Positions 26,127 through 38,395 are shown, counted from the first letter of the stretch. The stretch is DNA of 64,000 bases from Verrucomicrobiota bacterium (GCA_039798785.1 JBDKFG010000008.1:1-64000), one strand, 5' to 3'. Program-made: numbers and translations. The notes: generated by a model from the letters alone, not told the origin.

Positions 26127-27546
26127 AGACCTGATCATCGTCGCCCGGCCGCGTCGGGAGGAGGAGACGGTGGCGCTCGGCCTCGCCCTGGCCCGCCGTC
26201 ATTACGCCGGACTCTTCGGCATCTGGCTCGGCAGCTTCGGCCTGCTGGCCCTGCTGCTGGCGCCGCTGCTCCTTGTCGAATCCACCGGTCTCCTCTACGG
26301 CCTGCTGCTCTGGTGGCTGGCGCCGGTGTGCGAGCGCTTCCTGATCTTCTGGCTCAGCCGCAAGGCCTTCGCGGTGGAGCTGAAGAAGCGCGACCTGTGG
26401 CGCCAGGCCCGGGACATCCTACTCCCCGGCCTGCTGGTGCAGCTCACCATCCTCCGCCTCTCCCCGGCACGCGGCGTCCACATCCCCCTGTGGATCCTCG
26501 AGAACTGCCCCTGGTCGGACCTGCGCGCCCGCACAGCTTCGCTGCAGCGCGGCACCGCCGACCTCTTCCACCTGCTCTTCTGGAAGATCGAGATCCTGGT
26601 CAGCTTCGGCGTCCTGGCGATCCTGCTGCTGCTCCTCCCCACCGGCCCGGCCGGCATTTTCGACCTGATCCATGAGCTGATGGCCAACGGCGAGATCAGC
26701 CCCGGCATGAGCCTGATGCTGCTGCTCAGCTGGCCCCTGGCGGTGCTGCTGCTGCGTCCCTTCTACGTCGCGGTCAGCTTCGCCATCTACCTCAACGGAC
26801 GGATGCTCGACGAGGCATGGGACCTCCGCCTCGGTTTCCGCGCCCTCGCCGAACGCCTGCAACGCTTCGCCGTGCGCTCCGGCCTGATCCTGCTGGGCAT
26901 GGCCTGCTTCGTCTTCACCGCACCCTCCAGCGCCCGCGCCGAAAGCTCCCAGGCCCAGGAGATGAAGCAGATCCTCGCCGACCCTCAGGTCTTCGGCGTC
27001 GCGCCGCCGGTGAAGCCGGAGAAGAGCAGCGGCTGCAGCGGCGGCGGCAGCGAGACTCTCAGCGGCGTCTTCACCGCCCTCGCCATCCTCCTCGTCGCCG
27101 CTCTCGTCGGCCTGCTGATCTGGTTCCTGATCAGCAGCTTCCTCAACCGCGGCAAGAGTCCGGCGCTGGTGCTCAGCCAGGAGGAGAAAGCCAGCTTCTC
27201 GGGACGCCTCCTGCCCGGCGAGGAAGTGCTGGCCGACCATTTCGCCGCGGCGCAGGCCGCCTTCGCCGCCGGCGATCTGCGTGCCTGCCTGTCCTGGCTC
27301 TACCAAGGCAACATCGCCTACCTGGTCAAGGTCCACGAAGTCTCCATCCCCGACTCGGCCACCGAAGGCGACTGCCTGCGCCTCGCGCGGCCCCGTCTGG
27401 ACAGCGGCCCGATGGCGTATTTCGACGAACTCTCCCGGGTCTGGATCCGGGTCGCCTATGCCCACGAGGTGCCGCCATTGGAAGAAGTGCAGGAGCAGCT
27501 CGAGGGCTTCCGCCGCGTCTGGCGCCTGTCGAAGGGAGGTCTGTGA
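26116..27546 (+). CDS. DUF4129-containing multi-TM protein
   Basis: 'RPRREEETVALG', 'YLNGRMLDEAWDL', C-terminal 'GDLRACLSWLY...SATEGDCL...WIRVAYAH'. Confidence 0.8.
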   Translation: MRPEDLIIVARPRREEETVALGLALARRHYAGLFGIWLGSFGLLALLLAPLLLVESTGLLYGLLLWWLAPVCERFLIFWLSRKAFAVELKKRDLWRQARDILLPGLLVQLTILRLSPARGVHIPLWILENCPWSDLRARTASLQRGTADLFHLLFWKIEILVSFGVLAILLLLLPTGPAGIFDLIHELMANGEISPGMSLMLLLSWPLAVLLLRPFYVAVSFAIYLNGRMLDEAWDLRLGFRALAERLQRFAVRSGLILLGMACFVFTAPSSARAESSQAQEMKQILADPQVFGVAPPVKPEKSSGCSGGGSETLSGVFTALAILLVAALVGLLIWFLISSFLNRGKSPALVLSQEEKASFSGRLLPGEEVLADHFAAAQAAFAAGDLRACLSWLYQGNIAYLVKVHEVSIPDSATEGDCLRLARPRLDSGPMAYFDELSRVWIRVAYAHEVPPLEEVQEQLEGFRRVWRLSKGGL

Positions 27547-28781
27547 TGCGCCGCCCCCTCTTCCTCCTGCTGGTCCTCCTGCTCGCCTGCGCCTGCTCGA
27601 AGAAGGACGAGACGAAGGCCAAGATGGCCAGCCGCGAAGCCATCGCCAACGACTTCCTGCACTGGGAGAAGCTCCTCGGCCGCGCAGCCGAGACCCGGAT
27701 CAGCAATTCGCCCCGCTACACTGCCGCCGCGGCAGGGTCGGCCAATCTCATCTTCGCCTACGAAGCCGCCTTCGAGAAGGACGCAGACATAGAAGCCGCG
27801 ATCGAACAGGTGCGCCAGGGCGGCCTCCTCGTCACCGGCCTGCACGGCAGCTCCGGCGCCCAGGGCTGCCGCCTCCTCGACCAGCTCGCCCGGGAGTGCG
27901 GCGCATGGGACCTGAAATTCGAGACCGGCGCCGAAGTCGAGGCCCGCCGGGCCGAAGCCGGCGAGTCGCAGCCCAAGAGCAAGACCAAAGGCGACTGGGA
28001 AGCCTTCAACTACCACTATCTCGAGCTGGACGAATATCGGGCCTGGCTTCCCGAAGAGATCCGCCCGGAAAGGCTTGCCTCCGGCAGAGTCGCCTTCCAC
28101 GAAGTCCTGCAGCACAAGGGACATCTTCCGGAGGGGATCCGCGCCTTCGGCAAGAACGGCACCCAGATCTACTCCTTCGCCATCGGCGATGGCCACGCGC
28201 TCTTCTTCTCCGATCTCGAAGTCCTCGGCTGGCAGAGGATGGTCGACGCCACCTTGTTCTACCCCGGCCACCAGCCCGAGGCGATCGAAACCCAGGCGGT
28301 GAACCTGCTCGCTCCCTGGCTGCAGAGCCTGGAAGGCCCGCTCTCCATCCACTCCTGCCGCATCCGCTACCAGACCCGGGTGCCGCGCATCTATCAATGG
28401 CTCGCCGGCGACGGCCTGCCGGTGACCCTCAGTCTTCTGGCTCTGGTCATCGCCTTCGTCTGGCAGCTCAGCCGCCGCTTCGGCCCCCTCCTGCCGCTCG
28501 CCGACTCGGGCCGGCGGCGCTCCCTTGCCGAACATCTCAACGGCTGCGTCGAATTCGGTGCCGCCGAGCCCGCCGCCCGGCAACACCTGCTGCGCCGCCT
28601 CAGCCAGAGCACCCGCGAACGCTGGATCCGCCGACACCCGGAGGCCAGCCGCGACGAAATCACCGCCGCGATGAGCCAGGCCAGCGGCATCGATGAAGGC
28701 CAGATCCTGCAGCTCGACCAGGGCCGCAGCGCCAGTTTCACCGCCTCTCTGCAACAGATCCGCCAACTCAGGAAGAAATGA
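27546..28781 (+). CDS. DUF4350-like lipoprotein
   Basis: Start at ATG 27546 overlapping the upstream stop; lipobox-like 'LLACACS'; 'RRFGPLLP...RRRSLAEHL' is typical of the gene preceding MoxR. Confidence 0.75.
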   Translation: MRRPLFLLLVLLLACACSKKDETKAKMASREAIANDFLHWEKLLGRAAETRISNSPRYTAAAAGSANLIFAYEAAFEKDADIEAAIEQVRQGGLLVTGLHGSSGAQGCRLLDQLARECGAWDLKFETGAEVEARRAEAGESQPKSKTKGDWEAFNYHYLELDEYRAWLPEEIRPERLASGRVAFHEVLQHKGHLPEGIRAFGKNGTQIYSFAIGDGHALFFSDLEVLGWQRMVDATLFYPGHQPEAIETQAVNLLAPWLQSLEGPLSIHSCRIRYQTRVPRIYQWLAGDGLPVTLSLLALVIAFVWQLSRRFGPLLPLADSGRRRSLAEHLNGCVEFGAAEPAARQHLLRRLSQSTRERWIRRHPEASRDEITAAMSQASGIDEGQILQLDQGRSASFTASLQQIRQLRKK

Positions 28782-29734
28782 CCATGACCGAAGCCAGCCT
28801 GCTCCTCCAACGCATCCAGAACCAGCTCGGCACGGTCCTCATCGGCCAGCGTCAGGTGATTCGCGAAACCCTGGTCGCCTTCCTCGCCGGCGGTCACGTC
28901 CTCCTCGAAGGCGTCCCCGGCCTCGGCAAAACCCTCCTCGTCCGCGCCCTCGCCCGCTCCTTCGGCGGCGACTTCAACCGGGTCCAGTTCACTCCCGACC
29001 TGATGCCCTCCGACGTCACCGGCCACGCCTTCTACAACATGCGCGAACAGATCTTCGAAATCCGCCGCGGCCCCGTCTTCGCCCACTTCCTCCTCGCCGA
29101 CGAAATCAACCGCGCCCCCGCCAAGACCCAGGCCTCCCTGCTCGAGGCGATGCAGGAACACCAGGTCACCATCGAAGGCGAAACCCACCTCCTCCCCAAA
29201 CCCTTCTTCGTCATGGCCACCCAAAACCCGGTCGAACAGGAAGGCACCTACGCCCTCCCCGAAGCCCAGCTCGACCGCTTCATCATGAAAATCCTCATCC
29301 GCTACCCCGATATCGAAGCCGAAAAAGCCCTCGTCACCCAGGTCGCCACCCGCCCCCTCGGCGCCTTCGACCTCAACAGCCTCGACACCCTCTTCACCTC
29401 CGAAGAAGCCCTCAAGCTCCAGGCCGCCGCCCTCGCCATCACCCTCGACGCCCACATCATCGACTACGCCGTGCGCCTGATCCACGCCACCCGCAAGTCC
29501 CCCGCCCTCGCCGCCGGCGCCTCCCCCCGCGCCTCCCTCGCCCTCGTCGCCTGCGCCCGCGGCGTCGCCTTGATCGAAGGCCGCCCCTTCGTCATCCCCG
29601 ACGACATCAAGGAAGTCGCCCTCGCCGTCCTCCGCCACCGCTGCGCCCTCGCCGTCGAAATGCAGATCGAAGGACGCTCCATCGAAGCCGTCCTCAGCGA
29701 ACTGATCGCCAGCGTCGAAGCGCCCCGGCAATAA
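28778..29734 (+). CDS. moxR: MoxR family AAA+ ATPase
   Basis: 'HVLLEGVPGLGKT', 'RVQFTPDLMPSD', 'LLADEINRAPAKTQASLLEAM', 'ATQNPVEQEGTYALPEAQLDRF'. Confidence 0.96.
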   Translation: MTMTEASLLLQRIQNQLGTVLIGQRQVIRETLVAFLAGGHVLLEGVPGLGKTLLVRALARSFGGDFNRVQFTPDLMPSDVTGHAFYNMREQIFEIRRGPVFAHFLLADEINRAPAKTQASLLEAMQEHQVTIEGETHLLPKPFFVMATQNPVEQEGTYALPEAQLDRFIMKILIRYPDIEAEKALVTQVATRPLGAFDLNSLDTLFTSEEALKLQAAALAITLDAHIIDYAVRLIHATRKSPALAAGASPRASLALVACARGVALIEGRPFVIPDDIKEVALAVLRHRCALAVEMQIEGRSIEAVLSELIASVEAPRQ

Positions 29735-29735
29735 G

Positions 29736-29847
29736 GAATTACGAATTAAGAATTACGAATTAAGAATTGAGCTACCTGAACCCAGCGGCCTCTTCTAAAT
29801 TCCTAAGTCATGAAATTCGCAATTCGTAATTTGTAATTCGTAATTCG
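29736..29847. repeat. Inverted pair of heptamer tandem arrays, (GAATTAC/A)n ... (AATTCGT)n
   Basis: 29736..29769 and 29814..29847 are roughly complementary 7-mer arrays in the moxR-DUF58 spacer. Confidence 0.85.
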
Positions 29848-29855
29848 AGTTGAAA

Positions 29856-31163
29856 ATGCGTCCCACCCCCCGACTTCTGCTGCTTCTTTGTCTGCTGCTG
29901 GTGATTGCCATTGCGGCGGTCTGGCTGCGCCTGCCGGCTTTGGCGGCGCTGGCCGGGCTGCTGCTGCTGGGGGCGGCGGTACTGGACGCCGGCCTGTCGC
30001 GGCTGCGTCCGGGGCTTCTGCAGATCCGGCGCGACGTCGGGCGGATCCTGCCAGTGGGCATTCCGGCGCGCATCCATCTCGAACTGGTTTATCGCGGCAA
30101 GCGCAAAATCGAGCTTGAAGTGGTCGACCACGCGCCGCCGAGCTTCATCGAGGAGGCCCAGCACTTGTTGGTCTCGCTGCCGCCCGGCAGCCGCGCCGAA
30201 GCCTTCTACCGGGTCCAGCCGCGGCAGCGCGGCCCGGCCCGCTTCGCCGGCGTGTCGCTGCGCTTCCCCTCGCGCCTCGGGCTGTGGCAGATGGAATCCT
30301 TCGTCGTCCTGCCGGATGAGGTCAAGGTCTACCCCAACTACGCCGAGATCGCCCGCTTCGCCGAGCTCGCCGGCATGCAGCGTCTCGACCTGATGAACAT
30401 CCACCGCAGCCGCAACCGCGGCGAAGGGACGGAGTTCAAGGACATCCGCGAGTTCCGCACCGGCGACCGCCTCTCCACCATCGACTGGAAGGTCACCGCC
30501 CGCTACGGCACTCCCCACACCCGCCAGTTCCACCAGGAGACGGCGCAGCAGATCTTCTTCCTCCTCGACTGCGGCCGGAACATGCGCACCTGCGACGGCG
30601 CGGTGTCGCACTTCGACGCCGCCCTCAACTCCCTCATCCTCCTCAGCCACGTCGCCACCGGACAGGGAGATTGCGTCGGCATGATGAACTTCGCCAGCCC
30701 CAGCCCGCGCTTCCTCCCCAAGCTCCAGGGAGCCACCGCGGTGCAGCAACTGCTCAACACCACCTACGACCTCCACTCCAGCCTCAACGTGCCCGATTAC
30801 GAAGAGACCGCGGCGCAGCTCCTCGCCCGCCTCAACAGGCGCCAGCTCATCCTCGTCCTCTCCAACCTCCACGAAGAAGAAGCCGACGAAGTCCTTCCCT
30901 TCCTGCAACGCCTGCGCAGCCGCCACCTCGTCGTCTATGCCTCGCTTCGGGAAAAAGCCCTCGATGACGCCGCCCACGCCGAAATCGAGAATGATGCCCA
31001 GGCCTTGAACAGCGCCTTCGCCCTCGACCTCCTCGACCGCCGGGCCCAGGCCCTCGCCTTGATCCGCCAGGCCGGTATCATCACTCTCGACTGCACCCCC
31101 GACCAATTGCCCGCCGCCCTGGTCAATAGCTACTTCGAAATCAAGGCCTCCGGCCGCCTCTGA
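29856..31163 (+). CDS. DUF58 / vWA-like MoxR partner
   Basis: 'VKVYPNY', 'GEGTEFKDIREFRTGD...IDWKVTAR', 'FLLDCGRNM', ends 'YFEIKASGRL'. Confidence 0.92.
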   Translation: MRPTPRLLLLLCLLLVIAIAAVWLRLPALAALAGLLLLGAAVLDAGLSRLRPGLLQIRRDVGRILPVGIPARIHLELVYRGKRKIELEVVDHAPPSFIEEAQHLLVSLPPGSRAEAFYRVQPRQRGPARFAGVSLRFPSRLGLWQMESFVVLPDEVKVYPNYAEIARFAELAGMQRLDLMNIHRSRNRGEGTEFKDIREFRTGDRLSTIDWKVTARYGTPHTRQFHQETAQQIFFLLDCGRNMRTCDGAVSHFDAALNSLILLSHVATGQGDCVGMMNFASPSPRFLPKLQGATAVQQLLNTTYDLHSSLNVPDYEETAAQLLARLNRRQLILVLSNLHEEEADEVLPFLQRLRSRHLVVYASLREKALDDAAHAEIENDAQALNSAFALDLLDRRAQALALIRQAGIITLDCTPDQLPAALVNSYFEIKASGRL

Positions 31164-31285
31164 TATGACTCGAATCGCGCCTCAATCGCCAAAAAATCTC
31201 AATTCGCCCAATAGCGCAGATTCGCCAAGGCCTTATTGTTTGAACCGGCTCGAGCGAAATTCAATTGGATGAGGGAGGGATGAGA

Positions 31286-32893
31286 ATGAACACCTTGACG
31301 CGCTTTTTGCTGATAATTTCCGGCTGTGTCTGTGCTTCCGCGGCGGCCGACGAAGTGAGTGTCGCGCGAGCCGAGTTGAAGCGTGCGGAGCCGCAGAAGG
31401 CGGAAATCCTGCAGGCGGCCTGCGCCGTGCAGGATCCCTGGCTGCGGCGCTGTCTTCTCGATTACGCCCTCGCCCTCCACGCCAGCGATGCGGCGGCGCT
31501 CCAGGAGGCCCGCGCCTTGCTTGCCGGCAAGGCGCCCGATTACGAGGCTTCCCGGGTCGAGCTGATCCTGCAAGACCCCTCCCCGGCGCGCCGCCGCAGC
31601 CTTGCCGCCCTGGCGCTGATCGATGTTGAGGAAACCCAGTCAGGCCGCCGCCCCTCGCAGATGGCGATCACCCAGGCGGCGCCCGCCGAATTGAACATCC
31701 CTTCTCCCGTCGCCGCGCTCGCCAAGGCGGCTCCGGTGCCGGCGGTGACGGAAAAAGCGGCGGATCCGATCGCCGATCTGCAGCGCTCGGTCCAGGAGAT
31801 GTCTCAGAAGCTTCAGTCCGGCGACGAAAGCGTCCTGCCCCGGCTGGCTGCGGCGGCACCGCAGGTGAAGAGCCGCGCCCTCGCCGGCGCCTTGGTGAAG
31901 ATCTCTCTCCTGGCCAAGCTGCGCAGCCCGGATCAGAAAGCCGCCTACGACGCCACCGTGAAGCAGTTCCAAGGGGTCTTCAACGGCAAGGATCTCAATC
32001 GCCATTTCGCCTTCCTCCAGGGCGAGCTTTTCTTCGAGGCCTGCGCCAGCTGCAGCGCCTCCGGCAAGGTCGAGAGCAAGTGCAAGGCAGGCTGCAAGGA
32101 AGGCGCCTGCACCTCGTCGAAATGCGAAGGCGGCGAAATCTCCTACCGCGGCGCCGGCGGCGACAGCATCCACAAAAAATGCCCGGTCTGCCAAGGCAGC
32201 GCCAAGTGCCCGCGCTGCCAAGGCTCGGGGAAGGGCGAAAGCAATTGCGGCAAATGCTCCGGGAAGGGCCAGCGCCGCACTCTCGCCAAGGTGCCGGAGC
32301 TCTACGCCGCCGCCCTGACCGAGCTGTGCAGCCTTTCCGACGAAGTCGCAGCCAAGGGCTACAGCAGCCAGGACAGCCTCCCCGACCCGGTGCTTCCAGC
32401 AGCTAAGAAGCCTGACCTCGTCGCCGCCAAAGCCCCCGCCACCGCCGAACTCAAGCCGGCCCCCGCCGGCAGCCTCGTCCCCAAGCTGATGCCGAAACTC
32501 GTCAACCGCGACGGCAAGAAACCGGACGCAAAAGCCCTCGGCAAGCCGCAGTATGTCGCCTACTACTTCTCCGCCTCCTGGTGCGGCCCCTGCCGGGCCT
32601 TCTCGCCGAAGCTGATCGCCGAGTACGAAGCCCTGAAAAAGGGCGGCGTCCAGGTGATTCTCGCCGGTTGCGACTCAGACAAGGATTCGATGCTGGCCTA
32701 CATGAACACCAAGGATCACCCCCAGCCCTGGCCCGGCCTCTGCCGCCAAGACCAGGGAGCCTTCGGCTTCGACGCCTACGGCATCAGCGGCATACCCGCC
32801 ATGGTCATCGTCGATTCCAACGGCGCAGTCGTCGCCAAAGGCTACGCCGAGATGATGTTGATGAAAGCCAAGGAGCTCGCCGCCGGAAAATGA
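31286..32893 (+). CDS. Secreted protein with a DnaJ-like CxxCxGxG cysteine cluster and a C-terminal thioredoxin-like (nucleoredoxin/tryparedoxin-type) domain
   Basis: Signal-like N-terminus; CASCSASG, CPVCQGS, CPRCQGSG, CGKCSGKG; 'YYFSASWCGPCRAFSP...GIPAMVIVD'. Confidence 0.8.
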   Translation: MNTLTRFLLIISGCVCASAAADEVSVARAELKRAEPQKAEILQAACAVQDPWLRRCLLDYALALHASDAAALQEARALLAGKAPDYEASRVELILQDPSPARRRSLAALALIDVEETQSGRRPSQMAITQAAPAELNIPSPVAALAKAAPVPAVTEKAADPIADLQRSVQEMSQKLQSGDESVLPRLAAAAPQVKSRALAGALVKISLLAKLRSPDQKAAYDATVKQFQGVFNGKDLNRHFAFLQGELFFEACASCSASGKVESKCKAGCKEGACTSSKCEGGEISYRGAGGDSIHKKCPVCQGSAKCPRCQGSGKGESNCGKCSGKGQRRTLAKVPELYAAALTELCSLSDEVAAKGYSSQDSLPDPVLPAAKKPDLVAAKAPATAELKPAPAGSLVPKLMPKLVNRDGKKPDAKALGKPQYVAYYFSASWCGPCRAFSPKLIAEYEALKKGGVQVILAGCDSDKDSMLAYMNTKDHPQPWPGLCRQDQGAFGFDAYGISGIPAMVIVDSNGAVVAKGYAEMMLMKAKELAAGK

Positions 32894-32920
32894 ACGGGGG
32901 CTTGATTGAAAGGCGAGTAC

Positions 32921-33745
32921 ATGAATGACAGCCTCGGTGGACGATTCAAGCTCTCCCTCATCCCGGTTCTTTTCCTGGGGATCGCCGCCGCCTCGCACGA
33001 AGGCCATCCCGAGCGGATGGCCGCAATCGAGGCCGGCTTAAAAGCCGATCCCGGCGACGTCGGCCTGCTCCTCGAGCGCGCCGCCATCCACGAAGAGGAG
33101 GGCCGTTTCGACCTCGGCCTCGCCGATCTCGCCGCAGCGGCAAGGATCGATCCGGTCCGGGCGGATTTCGCCCTGCTGCGAGGACGTCTCCTCCTCGCCG
33201 CCGCCCGCCCTCGCGCCGCCCTGGCCGAGATCGAAGCTTCGCTTTTGCGGCAAGGCCAGAATCCCGAAGCCCTCCTCTGGCGCGGCCGCTGCCATCGCGC
33301 CCTCGGCGACGCAGCCGCCGCCAGCCGCGATTTCGAACTCGCCTGCCACAACTTGCCGGAGCTGACCGCAGAACTGGCGATCGAAAAGGCGCGCCTCGCC
33401 CTGCTCCCCGGCGGCGGAGGTGCGGCAGCCGCCTGCCAGTCACTCGACAAAGAGATGAAACGTTGCCCGGCGATCGGCGTCCTTCTCGGCGAAAAGCAGC
33501 GGATCGAAACCGAGGCAGGCCTTCTCGAGGAGGCACTGGCGACTCTCGATCGACGCATCGGGCTGAGCCGCGCCCCGGAAGCGCTGCTGCTCGACAGGAG
33601 CCGCCTGCTGCGCAAACTCAAGCGCGACGCCGAAGCGCAAGCCTCCTTGCAGGAACTCCGCCGCCTGATCGCCGCCTGGCCTCCGCACCTCCACGAGGTG
33701 CCGGCCCTCAGGAAGCTGGCGCAAGAGGCAAAGCAAGAGCCCTGA
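32921..33745 (+). CDS. TPR-repeat exported protein
   Basis: Hydrophobic N-terminus, then repeated helical TPR-like units (e.g. 'ALLWRGRCHRALGDAAAASRDF'). Confidence 0.7.
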   Translation: MNDSLGGRFKLSLIPVLFLGIAAASHEGHPERMAAIEAGLKADPGDVGLLLERAAIHEEEGRFDLGLADLAAAARIDPVRADFALLRGRLLLAAARPRAALAEIEASLLRQGQNPEALLWRGRCHRALGDAAAASRDFELACHNLPELTAELAIEKARLALLPGGGGAAAACQSLDKEMKRCPAIGVLLGEKQRIETEAGLLEEALATLDRRIGLSRAPEALLLDRSRLLRKLKRDAEAQASLQELRRLIAAWPPHLHEVPALRKLAQEAKQEP

Positions 33746-33762
33746 GCACAAGGTGCAGAAGA

Positions 33763-34365
33763 TCACTTCCCGTCGCAGCGAGGCTCTTTCCAGCGACGGA
33801 ACAGGTCGTGCGGCACCTCGAACAGATCCAAGGCCTTGCCGGCTACGAAATCGACCAGGCCCTGGTAGCTGCTGTCGCCGTGATAGAAACCCGGGGAAGC
33901 CGGCAGGACGATGCCGCCGGCGAGGGTGACGGCTCGCATGTTTTCGATGTGGATCAACGAAATCGGGGTTTCGCGGAAGACCAGGACCAGCTTGCGGCGC
34001 TCCTTCAGGCAGACGTCGGCGGCTCGTTCGGTGAGATTGGAGGCATAGCCGTGGGCGATGCCGGCAAGGGTCTTGGCCGAGCAGGGAATGACTAGCATGC
34101 CGTCGTGACGGAAGCTGCCGGAGGCGCAGCCGGCCCCGACATCCTGGTGGTTCTGGACTTCGATCAGGGCCCTTTTCTCCGGCGGCAGCGAGTCGAGCCA
34201 GGCGGTGAAGTTCTCATCGAGCTCCTCCTGCCAGACCTGGCGGGCGACGGGCGAGGCGATGAGAAGGACGCGCCGGCCGGCTGCGACCAGTGCGCCCAGC
34301 GCGGCACGCGCGTATGGAGCGCCAGAGGCGCCGCTCAAGGCGAGGACGATGCGGCCGGTGGACAT
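33763..34365 (-). CDS. ubiX: Flavin prenyltransferase UbiX
   Basis: 'LALSGASGAPY', 'ASGSF', 'PCSAKTL', 'NLTERAADVCLKERRKLVLVFRETP', 'PASPGFY'. Confidence 0.95.
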   Translation of the reverse strand: MSTGRIVLALSGASGAPYARAALGALVAAGRRVLLIASPVARQVWQEELDENFTAWLDSLPPEKRALIEVQNHQDVGAGCASGSFRHDGMLVIPCSAKTLAGIAHGYASNLTERAADVCLKERRKLVLVFRETPISLIHIENMRAVTLAGGIVLPASPGFYHGDSSYQGLVDFVAGKALDLFEVPHDLFRRWKEPRCDGK

Positions 34366-34447
34366 GGAGAGCCAGGGGTTGATAGATTGGAAAATGGAAA
34401 CTTGAAAGGCCGGGAAAGCTTTTGCTTGCCTTCCGGCCTGCTGGCCA

Positions 34448-35569
34448 TCAGCCGCGGCCGCTGCCGGGGAAGGCGGCCTGGTACTGCGCCGGGCACTGGG
34501 CGCGCCAGCGCAGCAGGTGATCACAGAGGACGAGCGCGGTCATTGCCTCGGCGATGGGGGGGAAGCGGGGCAGCAGGCAGGGGTCGTGGCGACCGCGGGT
34601 GAGGATCGTCGTCTCTTCGCCGGCGCGATTCACCGTGGCCTGCTCGCGCGCCAGCGAGGAGGTCGGCTTGACGGCGCAGCGGAAGACGATGGCTTCGCCC
34701 GAGGTGATGCCGCCGAGCATGCCGCCGTGGTTGTTGGTCGCGGTGTGGACGGCGCCTTCCCTGCGGACGAAGAGATCGTTGTTGTCGCTGCCCCGCATCG
34801 AGGCGGCGCGGAAGCCGACACCGTATTCGAAGCCGGTGACCGCCGGGATCGACAGCATCGCCTTGGCGAGGTCGGCCTTGACCTTGTCGAAGACCGGCTC
34901 GCCTAGACCGGCGGGAACACCGCTGGCGCAGACCGTCGCCGCGCCGCCGATGCTGTCGGTCTCGGAGCGCAGCTGCTTGATCAGCTCGGCCATCTTCTCG
35001 GCGCTCGCCGGATCGGGACAGCGGGTGGGATGCGACTCGACCTGTTCTAAAGTCACGGTGCTCGGATCGGCAGCCTCCCAGATGACGGAACCGACCTGGC
35101 TGACCCAGCAGACGACGCGGATGCCGTGCGCCGCCAGGATCTTCTTGGCAAGGGCGCCGCCGGCGACCCGGGCGATCGATTCGCGGACGCTGGAACGGCC
35201 GCCGCCGCGATAGTCGCGGAAGCCGAACTTGGCGTCGAAGGTGTAGTCCGCGTGGCCGGGACGGTACTTGTCGGCAATGTCGGAGTAGTCCTTCGAACGC
35301 TGGTCTTCGTTGAGAACCACGATGGCGATCGGGGTGCCCGTGGTCCTCCCCTCGAAGACGCCGGAGAGAATCTGCGCCTTGTCGGCCTCCTGGCGCTGTG
35401 TCACCAGATTCGATTGGCCGGGACGGCGGCGGTCAAGATCCGGCTGCACGTCCTCCTCGCCGAAGGGAATGCCCGGCGGAACGCCATCGATGATGACGAC
35501 ATTGCCAAGGCCGTGCGATTCGCCAGCGGTGGTGATGCGGAAAGTGTGGCCGAAACTGCTGCCGGGCAT
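34448..35569 (-). CDS. aroC: Chorismate synthase
   Basis: 'TTAGESHG', 'RPGHADY', 'RGGGRSSVRE', 'NNHGGMLGGI', 'GRHDPC'. Confidence 0.97.
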   Translation of the reverse strand: MPGSSFGHTFRITTAGESHGLGNVVIIDGVPPGIPFGEEDVQPDLDRRRPGQSNLVTQRQEADKAQILSGVFEGRTTGTPIAIVVLNEDQRSKDYSDIADKYRPGHADYTFDAKFGFRDYRGGGRSSVRESIARVAGGALAKKILAAHGIRVVCWVSQVGSVIWEAADPSTVTLEQVESHPTRCPDPASAEKMAELIKQLRSETDSIGGAATVCASGVPAGLGEPVFDKVKADLAKAMLSIPAVTGFEYGVGFRAASMRGSDNNDLFVRREGAVHTATNNHGGMLGGITSGEAIVFRCAVKPTSSLAREQATVNRAGEETTILTRGRHDPCLLPRFPPIAEAMTALVLCDHLLRWRAQCPAQYQAAFPGSGRG

Positions 35570-35773
35570 GGAAAACTCCTGGATTTTTTGAACCCTCCTA
35601 ATCTGCCCCGCCTGAGGGAAACCGCCATTTGCCCCGCGCCGCAAAACGCGTCAAGCAATGGCGCGGCACCCGCTTCCGGCATACTGTCATTTCCGGAACT
35701 CCCCCGGGAACCCCCATAAGGCCAATGAATCCAATTGTAGACAATCAAAAAATCAAGCCTGGAGGAATTGCCG

Positions 35774-38215
<2,442 letters not shown>

Positions 38216-38244
38216 ATTTCCCGCGAATTTTCCAAGCGAGACCC

Positions 38245-38272
38245 TTGACGAGGTGAGAAGCTCTTGTAATCT
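38245..38272 (+). promoter_or_regulatory. tRNA promoter
   Basis: TTGACG-N16-TAATCT ending 11 nt before the tRNA. Confidence 0.65.
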
Positions 38273-38283
38273 CTTGGCCTCCC

Positions 38284-38368
38284 GGCAGGATTCCCGAGCG
38301 GTCAAAGGGAGCAGACTGTAAATCTGCCAGCTATGCTTTCGAAGGTTCGAATCCTTCTCCTGCCACCA
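38284..38368 (+). tRNA. tRNA-Tyr (GTA)
   Basis: GGCAGGA/TCCTGCC acceptor stem, anticodon arm GCAGA-CTGTAAA-TCTGC, long variable arm, GGTTCGAATCC T-arm, encoded CCA. Confidence 0.97.
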
Positions 38369-38395
38369 CTTTTCGAAGCCAATGGCTTACGAACA

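Noticed and set aside
26817..27545. N-terminal extension of the 654-aa ORF
   Set aside because: It overlaps the DUF4129 gene out of frame; the lipoprotein-like start at 27546 is coupled to the upstream stop.
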